Positions 38,639 to 50,650 of a stretch of 64,000 bases of DNA are shown in pieces (positions within the stretch are counted from its first letter, which is position 1; the number at the start of each line of letters is the position of its first letter). The translations under genes and the position numbers were made by a program. The DNA comes from Paraspadella gotoi. Taxonomy: Eukaryota; Animalia; Chaetognatha. A model generated the notes under the pieces. That model had not been told where the DNA came from, did not search any database, and saw only the letters and a program-made list of their open reading frames with translations. The stretch lies in assembly GCA_051294375.1 (NCBI GenBank), contig CM119264.1, forward strand, positions 975,923 through 1,039,922. The letters are read 5' to 3'.

Positions 38639-40393
38639 CTGGAAAAAAGAGTTAGTTGGTACGCGTTACAATTAAATTGAATTAATTATAAAATGATCAC
38701 TACTTGTTGGTGACTGATCCGATGTTATCAAACAGCGCGGATCATAAAAAAAAGTCACGCAACAAAAAAAAAATGAAATTGTTTCCAACCAATATAAAAG
38801 TATCCATTCATTAAATAATAAAAAAGCTCTGTTATGACTTATGACTATGTCATGACTTATAAAATAAGAACAATGAACTTTACGCGTCTTCATCATTAAA
38901 ACGAATGAATTTTAGTTTCACCGGATGAGTCGAGGTTCTTGCTTTGTCATTATGTTTGTAAGTGTGATGGAGCTTAAACACCAAAGCCTGTCCAAAGTCA
39001 AGGGCAAGATAGCTTATTTATTAATGAATGGATAATTTTTATATTGGATGTACAATTTCATTGAGACCGAAATCAGTCAACATCGTGAGAATGCATTAAT
39101 TGAAGAAATATATCGAACGAAAAAAAAAATTAAATACGAGATTTTCAATGAAATGAATTGTCGGACGTGATACCGAGAATTAACTGTCAACGATTAACGA
39201 TAACAAAAGCGATGATGACGAAGAGTAAGATGACGACGACGATAAAAATGTCATCGATGAGGACGATGACAATTATAATGACAACGACGATGATGAAGAT
39301 GAGATGACGATAAAAAGACGACAACGACATCTTCGGACGTTATTTCCACAACGGCTCATTTCATCTTAAATTAGGAAATAAGTTAATTAATTTTTTTTCA
39401 GTTTAGGATTAGGTTAATTATTAGGTTAGTAATTTGGGTTAGGGAATAGGATTGGTTAGCGGTTAGGGTTAAGGATGAAGATAAGCTTTAAGTTTATACC
39501 TATAAAGAATATGNNNNNNNNNNNNNNNNNNNNNNNNNCTCTGTTATGACTTATGACTATGTCATGACTTATAAAATAGGAACAATGAACTTTACGCTGT
39601 CTTCATCATTAAAAACGAATGAATTTTAGTTTCACCGGATGAGTCGGGTTCTTGCTTTGTCATTATTTTGTAAGTGTGATGGAGCCTTAAACACCAAGCC
39701 TGTCCAAAGTCAAGGGCAAGATAGCTTATTTATTAATGAATGGATAATTTTTATATTGGATGTACAATTTCATTGAGACCGAAATCAGTCAACATCGTGA
39801 GAATGCTTAATTGAAGAAATATATCGAACGAAAAAAAAATTAAATATCGAGATTTTCAATGAAATGAATTTGTCGGACGTGATACCGAGAAATTAACTGT
39901 CAACGATTAACGATAACAAAAGCGATGATGACGAAGAGTAAGATGACGACGACGATAAAAATGTCATCGATGAGGACGATGACAATTATAATGACAACGA
40001 CGATGATGAAGATGAAGATGACGATAAAAAAGACGACAACGACATCTTCGGACGTTATTTTCCCACAACGGCTCATTTCATCTTAAATTAGGAAATAAGT
40101 TAATTAATTTTTTTTCAGTTTAGGATTAGGTTAATTATTAGGTTAGTAATTTGGGTTAGGGAATAGGATTGGGTTAGCGGTTAGGGTTAAGGATAAAGAT
40201 AAGCTTTAAGTTTATACCTATAAGAATATGTTTAAGTAATATATTACCATTCTGAGATAAACGGACAAATATTGGCCCCTTTGGCCTTCCAGGCTCAAAA
40301 ATTGGGACAACAACAACAACAACGTCAACAACGAAGACGTCAATGAAGTTAACAAAAACGATAACAAAGAAACAAAATTAAAAAAAAACTGGC

Positions 40394-40736
40394 CTCTTTG
40401 CGCAGTCGCGCCCGGCTTGATGCCCCCAGCGCCGATGTCCCCAGCGCTGCCAGCACCCGGGCCGGCCCCTCGGGCCCGCAAATCGTCTTCGAAGGCGACC
40501 GCCAGCGGCGTGGGAGTTTTCCCGCCGGCGGCGACGGCGCCGATGACCGCGAAGGCGGACTTGAGTCCGAACCGCGGGGCGTCCGCGGCTGGAGCGGCGG
40601 CTGAAGCGGGAGGCGGTGCGGCGGCTGCAGTAGCGGCCGAGGAAGAAGAAGCCGGAAAGACGAGAGAGTCCGGCAAAGATTTCCGGTGGCGAAGGAGACG
40701 TCGAGGACGCGGGGACAGAGACGGAGTCGGGCTCGT
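40394..40736 (-). CDS. Minus-strand gene exon (TSPTPSLSPRPRRLLRHRKSLPDSLVFP...PGATAQR) with GC donor
   Basis: CACAG acceptor, AG|GCCAGT donor, 343 nt phase 0-1; noisy copies at ~44232-44580 (+) and ~51180-51525 (-). Confidence 0.75.
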
Positions 40737-40822
40737 CTGTGTGTGAGAACGGGGATGAGATATGAGATAAATTAAATTTAAAAAAATAAATAAATAAAAT
40801 AAAAAATTAAAAAAATAAATAA

Positions 40823-40925
<103 letters not shown>

Positions 40926-40926
40926 C

Positions 40927-41162
40927 CTTAGTTGGCTGAAGCCGCGCCCAAACGCCGGTTGGTCCCGATTCCAGCGCCGGCGTCTTCGCTCCCGCGGCGT
41001 CGGCTGCTGCCTCGGCGGCGTCGATCGGAGCTGCGGCTCGGACCAACGATTCCAGCGTCGTCGTCGTCATCGTCGTCGTCGTCGCTGCAGCGTCGGTGTT
41101 CGCCGTCTGCGAAACAGCTGCGCCTCTGCTGGTGTTGGCGAGAACTCGCTGGAGATCTTGTG
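40927..41162 (-). CDS. Minus-strand gene exon (AQDLQRVLANTSRG...GVWARLQPTK)
   Basis: CCCCAG acceptor, AAG|GTTTTA donor, 236 nt phase 1-0. Confidence 0.75.
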
Positions 41163-42447
41163 CTGGGGTTGGGGAAAAGAGAGTGGGTGATGGATAAAGG
41201 TTTATGACGAAGGACGGTGTGAAGTTATTTCAGACTTCGCGCCCGCGGAGACAAACGTCTTTGATTCGCCCGTAACGAAATGTACTAACTTGAGTCGCAC
41301 GAGATAAAATTTGATATCGAATATTTGAAACGTTTATTGATTTATTTGAAGAATCCCTCGTTGACTCGTAAGAACGAAGTTTCTCCGGGCGAACAATTTT
41401 GGTGAGAATTTAATAGAAAACCAAAATGTGCCTCGCAAAACTCTCGGAAATTGAGGCGTAAGAAAGAGATACAGGTACTACTTTTCAAAAACTTCCTTAT
41501 TCTGAACCGAGAGAAAAAGTCGAGCCTCACATCTTTAAACATAAAAAAAGAAATTGACAATTTATAAATATGTTAACATTTAAAATATGGAAAAATGACA
41601 AATGGGTTAGTTACAAACCCCATTCATAATACTTAAACATTAAAGTACTAAGTTGTGTAATTAGAACGAAACCCTTTAGCAATATAACAGTCTTTTTGGT
41701 TGTGATCTGTTGCTAAACAGGTAATACAAATATTTTCTCATTATCTTCGGCGCGGCGTGGCCTCAGCGGTCGAATTTATCCTTAATTGATAGGGATGGCG
41801 ACGCCGACCAAGTTGATTTTTTTGAGACTCCACACTTGAGACCCGAAATTTGTCCACCTTTTAAACAAGGAAAGCAAAGTCGTAGATTGCAAGGCGCAGT
41901 CTTATTTTTGAGTCGGCATTGAAGTTTCGGAAAAGTAGGAAGGAAGCAATCAAATGGTCTTCTTTGCATCCGGACACAAAGATGAGTTTTTTACGATTGG
42001 ATTATTAGGCCGCGCCCGTTGGAGAACGGCCGCAGAAGGCAGTGATTGCATTGACATTGAAAATTGCTCGTCACAGGCTTTTTCGCCTTCATGGCGATTT
42101 CCGATTTGAAGAAGAAGCGGAGACCGGAGATCGATTTCCTCCGTAGTCAACGACATCCTCTTTGAATTTTTTTGATTGAGATTTGGGAAGTTTTTCGAAT
42201 TTCGCAAGAATTTTTCTCGATTTTTTTGAAGTCGAGGTTCGATGGGTTTTTAGGATTTCGTCGACAATCATTTTTATCGCCGCCGAATTCATCATTAATT
42301 TTATAAATGATTGATTGATTGAATGATTGATTGATCGATTGGTCAATCAATGATTAAAACTATCGTCGACAACCACAATAAAACTGACTCACTATCCAGT
42401 ATCCACCCAACCCTCTTAACCCNNNNNNNNNNNNNNNNNNNNNNNNN

Positions 42448-45400
42448 CTGAGCGCCGTCGGTGAGGTGGGGGGGTTAGGTGATTAGAGGGTTTTGGTGGA
42501 TAGAAGGATAGAGGTGGGTTAGGGGGGATAGGGGGTTAAGAGGGTTGGGTGGATACTGGATATGTGAGTCAAGTTTTATGTGGTTTTGGTCACCGATAGT
42601 TTTAATCCATTGATTGACCAATCGATCAAATTCAATGAATCAATCAATCAATTATAATTAATGATGTGATTCGACGGCGATAAAAATGATTGTCGACGAA
42701 ATCTAAAAACCCATCGAACCTCGACTTCAAAAAAAAATCGAGAAAATCTTCTGAAATTAAACTCCGAATCTAAATCAAAAAACTTCAAAGAACGATAGTC
42801 GTTGACTAAGAAGGAAATCGATCTCCGGTCTCCGCTTCTTCTTCAAATCGGAAATGCCCATGAAGGCGAAAAGCCTGTGACGACTCCAATTCAATTGTCA
42901 TACCACTGTCCTCTGCGCCGTTCCTCAACGTCGCGGCCTAATAATCCAAGACGTAAAAAACTCATCTTTGTGTACCGGAAGCAAAGAAGACCATTTGATT
43001 GCTTCCTTCCTACTTTTCGAAACTTCAATAGCCGACTCAAAAAAAAACTGCCTTGCTCTACGACTTTGCTTTCCTTGTTTAAAAGAGTGGACAAATTTCC
43101 GGGTCTCAAGTGTGGAGTCTCAAAAAAATCAAACTTGGTCGGCGTCGCCATCCTAATCAATTAAGATAATTCCGAAACCGCTGAGGCCACGCCGCGACCA
43201 AGATAATGAGAATAATATTTGTATTACCTGTTTAGCAACAGATCACAAACCAAAAAAGACTGTTATATTGCTAAAAGGTTCGTTCTAATTACACAATCTA
43301 AGTAACTTTAATGTTTAAGTATATGAATGGGTGTTTGTAACTAACCCCTTTGTCACTTTTCCATATTTTAAATGTAAACATATTTATAAATTGTCATTTC
43401 TTTATTTATGTTTTTATAAGACTGTGAGGCTCGACTCTTCTCCTGGTTCAGAATAAGGACGTTTTTGAAAGTAGTACCTGTATCCTTTTACGCCTCAATT
43501 TCCGTGAGTTTTGCGAGGCCACATTTTGTTTTCTATTTAAAATCTCACCAAAATTGTTCGCCCGGAGAAACTTCGTTTCTTACGAGTCTCCGAAGGGATT
43601 GTTTTAATAGTCAATAAATCGTTTTCAAATATTCGATATCTACTTTTATCTTCGTGCGAACTCAGTTAGTACATTTCGTTACGGGGCGAATCAACGACGT
43701 TGGTCCTCCGCAGGGCAGCGAAGTCGAAAAAACTTCACACCGTCCTTCGTCATAAACCTTTATCCATCACCCAAATCCCTTTTCCCAACTAACCCTACAC
43801 AAGAATCTCCAGCGAGTTCTCGCCAACACCAGCAGAGGCGGCCAGCTGTTTCGCAGAACGGCCACGAATCCGACGCCTGGCAGCGACGGACGACGACGAT
43901 TGACGAACGACGACAGCGGAATCCGTTGGTTCCGAGCCCGCAAGCTCCGATCGACCCGCCGAGGCAGCAGCCGACGCCGCGGGAGCGAAGACGCCGGCGC
44001 TGGGAATCGGGACCAACCGGCAGTTTGGCGCGGACTTCAGCCAACTAAGGTTTATATTATTATTAATTATATTATTATTATATTATTATTAATTATTATT
44101 AATTATTATTATTATTATATTATATTATTATTATATTATATTTTTTTTTTTTTAAATTTTTTATTTATTTATTTATTTTTTTAAAATTTTTTTAAATTAT
44201 CTCATACTCATCCCCGTTCTCGCACACACAGACGAGTCCCGACTCCGTTCTCTGTCCCCGTCCTCGACGTCCTCCTTGCCACGCGGAATCTTTGCCCGGA
44301 TTCCTCTCGTCTTTCCGGCTTCTTCTTCCTCGCGCCCTACGCAGCTCCCCGCACCGGCCTCCGCTTCAGCCGCCCGCTCCAAGCGCGACGCCCGCGGGTC
44401 GGACTCAAGTCCGCCTTCGCGGTCATCGGCGCCGTCGCCGCCGCGGGAAAAACTCCCACGCCGCTTGGCGTCGCCTTCGAAAGACGATTGCGGGGCCGAG
44501 GGGCCGGTCCCGGGTGCTGGCAGCGACTGGGGAACATCGGCGCTTGGGGCAATCAAGCGGGCGCGACTTGCCGCAAAGAGGCCAGTTTTTTTTAAATTGT
44601 GTTTCTATGTTATCCGTTTTGTTAACTTCATTGACGTCTCGTTTGTTGACGTTGTTGTTTGTTTGTTGGTCCCAATTTTGAAGCCTGGAAGCCAAAGGGG
44701 CAATATTTGTCCGTTTATCTCAGAATGGTAATATATTACTTAACATATTCTTATAGGTATAACTATAAAGCTTATCTTTCATCCTTAGCCCTACGCTAAA
44801 CCCAATTCCTATTCCCTAACCCAAATTACTAACCTATAATATTACCTAATCCTAACTGAAAAAAAATTAATTAACTTATTTCCTAATTTTAAAGATGAAA
44901 TGAGCCGTTGGTGGGGAAAATAACGTCCGAAGTAGTTGTCGTTGTCGTTTTGATCGTCTTCTTCTTGCACATGTGTCATATTTTCGCCATCGATACATTT
45001 ACGCGGTCCTATTTCTCGTATTCGTTTATTTAAATCCTTGCAGTTAATTCTCGATACTCCACTTATTCATTGAAAAATTGAATTATTTTTTTTTCGGTTC
45101 ATATATTCTTCAATTAATGCATTCTTCACGATGTTAACAGATTTCGGTCTCATGAAATTGGTACATCCAATATAAAAATTTCCATTCATTTAATAATAAG
45201 CTACTCTGCCCTTGACTTTGGACAGGCTTTGGTGGTTTAAGGCCTTCCATTCACACTTACAAAAATAATGACAAGAGCAAGAACCCGACTCATCTGCGTT
45301 GAAACTAAAATCATTCGTTTTAATGATGAAGTAACAGCGCTAAAGTTGCATTGTTCTTATTTATAAGTCATGACATAGTCATAAGTTCATAACAGAGCTT

Positions 45401-45816
45401 TTTTATTATTTAATGAATGGATATTTTATTTGGTTGGAACAATTTTTATTTTTTTTTGTTGGCTGACTTTTTTTATGATTGCGCGCGTTTGATAACATCG
45501 GATCATGTCACCAACAAGTAGTGAATCATTTTATAATTAATTCAAATGTAATGTAACGCGTACCAATAACTCTTTTTTTCCAGGTCGGGGTCCAGGTCGA
45601 AGTCCAGGCTTCGAGTCAGGGTTTTAAATCCCAAATTCTCTCCCCACGAACTTTTCTCATCTCACACGCCGACCGGAGCTTTGTTTCAGCGAAGTAAGAT
45701 TTTTCTTTCACTTTTGCTTTGTGTTTGTTTGTTTTTGTTTTGATTTTTTTCGGTTTTTTTTTATTTTTGTGCAGTCGTACCACCTTTCCTTAAAATGGTA
45801 CCATTTTTCTTCATGT
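42448..45816. other. Inverted duplicate of ~38413-42450 with many 1-nt indels
   Basis: Reverse complement of exons 38534-38638, 40394-40736 and 40927-41162; begins at an N gap. Confidence 0.85.
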
Positions 45817-45819
45817 CAA

Positions 45820-46010
45820 GGCCTTGTTCAACGCAGCCACTCCCACGTCCAGAGTCTCCATTCCGCATCGCAAAGCGTCGACTTCGGATCGCAGATCCTC
45901 GTGGAGTTCGAGGCAGGCTGCAGCTGAGGAGCCGCGGCGGTGGAAGGCCAGAGCGGAGGCGACGCCGCGGACGGAAGCGCCGCCGCGGAGAGATGGGGCG
46001 CCGCGGGACG
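45820..46010 (-). CDS. Exon with coiled coil AACLELHEDLRSEVDALRCGMETLDVGVAALNKALSAV, similar to the KCNH (EAG/ELK) channel C-terminal assembly coiled coil
   Basis: GACAG acceptor; 3' end cut by the junction at ~45818 but donor G|GTGAGG is seen in the second copy (53319-53524); residue pattern matches the KCNH1/5 tetramerisation helix as recalled from memory. Confidence 0.6.
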
Positions 46011-46246
46011 CTGTCAATAAGAGAGAGGAGGGGGGGGGAGATTAATAGTGAGAAAAATATAGGCGAGATAGGTTATTTGTCGAATGAATGGATAATTCTT
46101 ATAAAGGTTGGAACTGTTTTAATTTGTATATTGAGCCTCACTCAGATCCCCTACACCAATCACCACACACTCAGATCCCCTTAACCAATCACCACTTACC
46201 CACATCCCCTACACCACTCACCCACATATCCTCCACCACCACTCAC

Positions 46247-46354
46247 CTATTCCCCCACGAGCGCCACTCCCAGGATCTCGTCTCAACGACATCCACAAAT
46301 TTCTTTGTAGAGTTCGACCACCGCTCATTCCCCGGATGTTGGCCAGCGACCCGC
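46247..46354 (-). CDS. Minus-strand gene exon (GGSLANIRGMSGGRTLQRNLWMSLRRDPGSGARGGI)
   Basis: TTACAG acceptor, AG|GTGAGT donor, 108 nt phase 1-1. Confidence 0.75.
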
Positions 46355-46375
46355 CTGTAACAGAAAATTAAAGGG

Positions 46376-46710
46376 ACTTTGTGACATAGAGTGTTTTTGT
46401 GAAATGAAGTGATATTGTGATAGTGTTTTTGTAAGATGAACTCATTTTGTGACATAGAGTGTTGTTGTGAGCTGAAGTGATATTGTGACAGTGTTTTTGA
46501 GAGAAGAACCCATTTTGTGACAGAGGGTTGTTGTGAGGTGAAGTGACAGTGTTTTTGTGAGATAAACTCACTTTGTTACATAGAGTGTTGTTGTGAGCTG
46601 AAGTGATAATGTGACTTTTTTTAGATGAAGTCATTGTGTGACATAGATTGTTGTTGATATTGAGTGATATTGATACTTTTTTGTGAGATGAGTTCATTTT
46701 GTGACACAGT
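46376..46710. repeat. Degenerate ~65-bp tandem repeat (copy at ~53890-54240)
   Basis: TTTTGTGACATAGAGTGTTGTTGTGAGCTGAAGTGATATT units. Confidence 0.75.
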
Positions 46711-46752
46711 TTCTCCATGTTTTTGTTGTTTTTGACTTTCTCTTTTTCTTTC

Positions 46753-46784
<32 letters not shown>

Positions 46785-47506
46785 NNNNNNNNNNNNNNNN
46801 NNNNNNNNNNNNNNNNNNNNNNNNNNNNNNNNNNNNNNNNNNNNNNNNNNNNNNNNNNNNNNNNNNNNNNNNNNNNNNNNNNNNNNNNNNNNNNNNNNNN
46901 NNNNNNNNNNNNNNNNNNNNNNNNNNNNNNNNNNNNNNNNNNNNNNNNNNNNNNNNNNNNNNNNNNNNNNNNNCTCTCTCTCTCTCTCCCTCTCTCTCTT
47001 CCACGTTCCGATGTTTCCGTTTTTCTCCCAATTTCTCTATTTCCTTCTTCTCTCGAAATCCTTCCATCGATAGGAATCCGAATCCTCGATCCCAGAAAAT
47101 CTCTGATGACCCAGTTTTTTTTTTGCGCTGAATGGATCTTGCGGCGCAAGAGTCAATGGTCACCAATGAAGATCTCAAGAAAGTCGATGAGCGACAGAAA
47201 GTATCTATCATCGATACATTACTGCATTATTTTTGTACAATTTATCATTACATATGTAAGAAAGAAAATAAAATAAATATAGTATCATATAAAATAATAA
47301 AAGATTACTAAAGAAATGTTTTTTTAACGTCATCGCAGAGCAACATCGACGGTATTGATTGAAAAAATAAGTAAAAAAATCTGGAAAAACTAATACTGTT
47401 ATTCTTCATTATGAAAATACTAATACTAATATTAATACTGTTATCCTCTATTATGAAAATACATGTTTGTATTATAAAGAAAACCTAATAATGTTAGCAA
47501 CATTAC

Positions 47507-47584
47507 CAGGCAGCGACTGAGACAGCGACGTCGGTGGCGTAGTTGGCGTTAAGGGTGACGCAGCGCCAACGACAGTCAGATTCC
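47507..47584 (-). CDS. Minus-strand gene exon (GNLTVVGAASPLTPTTPPTSLSQSLP)
   Basis: TTTCAG acceptor, G|GTAATG donor, 78 nt phase 1-1. Confidence 0.72.
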
Positions 47585-47671
47585 CTGAAAGTAAAATTGA
47601 CTGACTGCGTCAATAATTTGTGACTCAGGCGATCATGAAAGAACTCCAAAAAGGGCAATTACCCTCTTCGT

Positions 47672-47712
<41 letters not shown>

Positions 47713-47946
47713 CTCCTCTTCTCTCTCCTCTCTACTCTCGTTCTAACACGCCAAGAAAGAGCAAAATTATACGAATGCGTTTGATAAAAAGAATAAATTA
47801 ATTTAAAAAAAAGGATAAAAAATAATAGAGAGAGGAGAGAGAGAGAGAGAGAGAAGAGAGAGAGAAGAGAGAGAGAGAGAGAGAAGAGAGAAGCGAGGAA
47901 AACAATTAGAGAGAGAGATAGAGAGAGAATTAGAGAAAGATAAATA

Positions 47947-47993
<47 letters not shown>

Positions 47994-48369
47994 GTGAGAG
48001 AGGGAGTGGAAACAATTGAGAAATAGACAAAAGAACTCTCGCTCCTATCCTCACTCCGACCCGAGAAAAGTTAAGGAAATTTGTGGCGGAAAATAAAGGC
48101 GGGGANNNNNNNNNNNNNNNNNNNNNNNNNNNNNNNNNNNNNNNNNNNNNNNNNNNNNNNNNNNNNNNNNNNNNNNNNNNNNNNNNNNNNNNNNNNNNNN
48201 NNNNNNAAGAGAGGGGTAAAGGGTAGAAAGGGGGAAGAAGGATTGGAGGGAGGAAGAAGGGTTAAGAATAATATGGGGTCGATCATAAGTAGGATGGATT
48301 TCGATACAAAGTTAAAAATATATAATTTAAAATGAAATCACGACTTTTCATGTCTTTTCATCTATCCCT

Positions 48370-48603
48370 TTGTTGTGGGCTGGTTGCCTATTGAGTAAAC
48401 TCTCAACTTGTGACCACTACGTAATGGGTTCGCTTACAACCTTGAAGCTTATCCTTCGGAAAGCAATTAGAACGGAGGTAAACCACCATGAGAACTTAAT
48501 CAACCCTCGAGCCTGGTTCCAAGCCCAGGGCCAGCTTCGAGAAGGGGTTAAAGGAGTTGCGGATAGCACTCCTCAGCTCACTAATCCTCATATACTTATT
48601 ACA
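48370..48603 (-). mobile_element. Diverged copy of the same LTR family (duplicated at ~55990-56237)
   Basis: Reverse complement of CTGGGCTTGGAACCAGGCTCGAGGG and ATCCGCAACTCC blocks. Confidence 0.6.
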
Positions 48604-49211
48604 TATGGTTCATTTAAGGATTTTAAATGTTAATATTTTTTTTTAATATTAACAAATTTTGTATTCTAAACTTAATAAGTTGGAATGACGTCAAACTGAC
48701 ATTCAGACCAAAGAAAGAAATCCATTAACTTAATATTTTGATTCATTTATATATTATATTAATTAACAGTGATCGATATTTATCTCGATAAAGCGACGCT
48801 GACGTCGAATCGATTTCGCCGTCTGCTCTCGACATCTCGTATCGATTTTGATTTTTGCGTCTAACGAGAAACGATTTATTAAATGTTATCGATCTAATTA
48901 GAGGAGATGATACCCAACCATGGCTCTATTTTCCCAGAGCGCCCAATTTCCGTTCCTTTATTACGGAATTTTAATTTTAACCTTAATCCAATATAATCAT
49001 TAACCCTAACCTTAAACTTTTATCCTTAATTTCTAATCCTAAACCCTAATCCTAACCTTAAATACTAATTTAATCCCTGACCTTATCCTTTATACAAACC
49101 TCCTACCTATTCTTTAATTAAAAAAAATAATAAAATTCTAAATTTAACGTGAAATGGGACGTTCTGGGAAAATAAGGCCTTAACGGCTGTTGTAAGAGAA
49201 GTCGATTGTTA

Positions 49212-49352
49212 TTTTGTTCACCTTCACTCGAGTGTTCTTTTGTTCACCTTCACTTGACTGTTCTTTTGTTCACCTTCACTCGAGTGTTCTTTTGTTCACC
49301 TTCACTTGACTGTTCTTTTGTTCACCTTCACTCGACTGTTCTTTTGTTCACC
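49212..49352. repeat. 26-bp minisatellite containing copies of a minus-strand 5' splice site
   Basis: TGTTCTTTTGTTCACCTTCACTCGAG units abutting the exon end at 49352. Confidence 0.85.
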
Positions 49353-49459
49353 TGAACTCGGCGTCGTCGATCCGTCGAGTTTCGATCCTTCGCCGTCGTC
49401 GTCGTCATCGTCGTCGTCGTTTTCTTCGTCGATTGTATGACTCGACGTGTTGAGCCAAA
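49352..49459 (-). CDS. Minus-strand gene acidic exon ([36 protein letters not shown])
   Basis: ATCCAG acceptor, CAG|GTGAAC donor, 108 nt phase 1-1. Confidence 0.7.
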
Positions 49460-50124
49460 CTGGATGGATGAAGCATTTTGTAATGTAATTGCGANNNNNN
49501 NNNNNNNNNNNNNNNNNNNNNNNNNNNNNNNNNNNNNNNNNNNNNNNNNNNNNNNNNNNNNNNNNNNNNNNNNNNNNNNNNNNNNNNNNNNNNNNNNNNN
49601 NNNNNNNNNNNNNNNNNNNNNNNNNNNNNNNNNNNNNNNNNNNNNNNNNNNNNNNNNNNNNNNNNNNNNNNNNNNNNNNNNNNNNNNNNNNNNNNNNNNN
49701 NNNNNNNNNNNNNNNNNNNNNNNNNNNNTGAAAAAAAAAAACGTTTACTGTCATTTAGAAAACAAACAAACAAACAAACAAAGATTCGCTTAAAGTGACC
49801 GAGAGGTGAAAGGGTCACTGTGAAGTGTGGATTCAGAAATGGCTAACCCTCAAACTTGGTATGAGCCCAGCGGGTCTGGGAGTTTCGGATCCGGAGTTTT
49901 AACCGGCCCGTCACTCTTTTTGCAAAGACCGTTCCGACCAAGGAAAGAACCCCGTTATATGACGGCTTATTAAAAGGTTAGTGATAGTAAATCGTTACTC
50001 GCTTTTATTACTATTTTTTTTTATGTTTGGTTGACTTTTTTTCCTTCTTCCGTCTTCAATAAGATTTATGAAGAGAGAGAACAAAAACATCTATCAGTGA
50101 ATGTCGAAATTCAATGACAGAGAA

Positions 50125-50515
50125 TTAATTAATTAATTAATTATGAGATTAATTTACTCCCCCATCCCTTCCCTTCCCTCTTTTTTTAAATTAAATAATT
50201 ATTTAATTAATTAATTACTTAAATATTTGATTAAATTATTCTCCATCCCTTCCCTTCTACACCTTCCTCCTTTTTTTAAATTAAATAATTAATTGATTAA
50301 TTAATTACTTATATATTTGAATAATCTACTCCCCCATCCCTTCCTTTCCTCCTTTTTTAATTAAATAATTAAATAATTAATTAATTAATTATTTGATTAA
50401 TTTACTCCCCATCCCTTCCCTTCCCCTTTTTTAGTTAAATAATTAAATAATTAATTAATTAATTAATTAAATATTTGAATAATCTACTCCCCCATCCCTT
50501 CCCTTCCCCCTTTTT
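50125..50515. repeat. Degenerate tandem repeat CTCCCCATCCCTTCCCTTCC + ATTA tracts (copy ~60760-61160)
   Basis: About 5 units. Confidence 0.75.
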
Positions 50516-50650
50516 GGTCGAAAAAAAAAACCTTGGTCGCCTCTTCCGTCTCTTCTCCTCCTTTGCCCTCCTTTGCTTCGGTCTCCGTCCGACACGAGGT
50601 TTTGCCCGACGCTTTGTCCTCCTCCTCCTCCTCGTCCTCCTCCTCCTCCT

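Noticed and set aside
43760-44731. Separate paralogous gene on the + strand
   Set aside because: Indel-ridden inverted copy of the exons at 40394-41162, likely an assembly duplicate
49848-49965. Possible additional minus-strand exon (PSYNGVLSLVGTVFAKR...)
   Set aside because: Phase fits, but the acceptor is weak and the second copy near 60470-60590 differs by indels, so it cannot be supported
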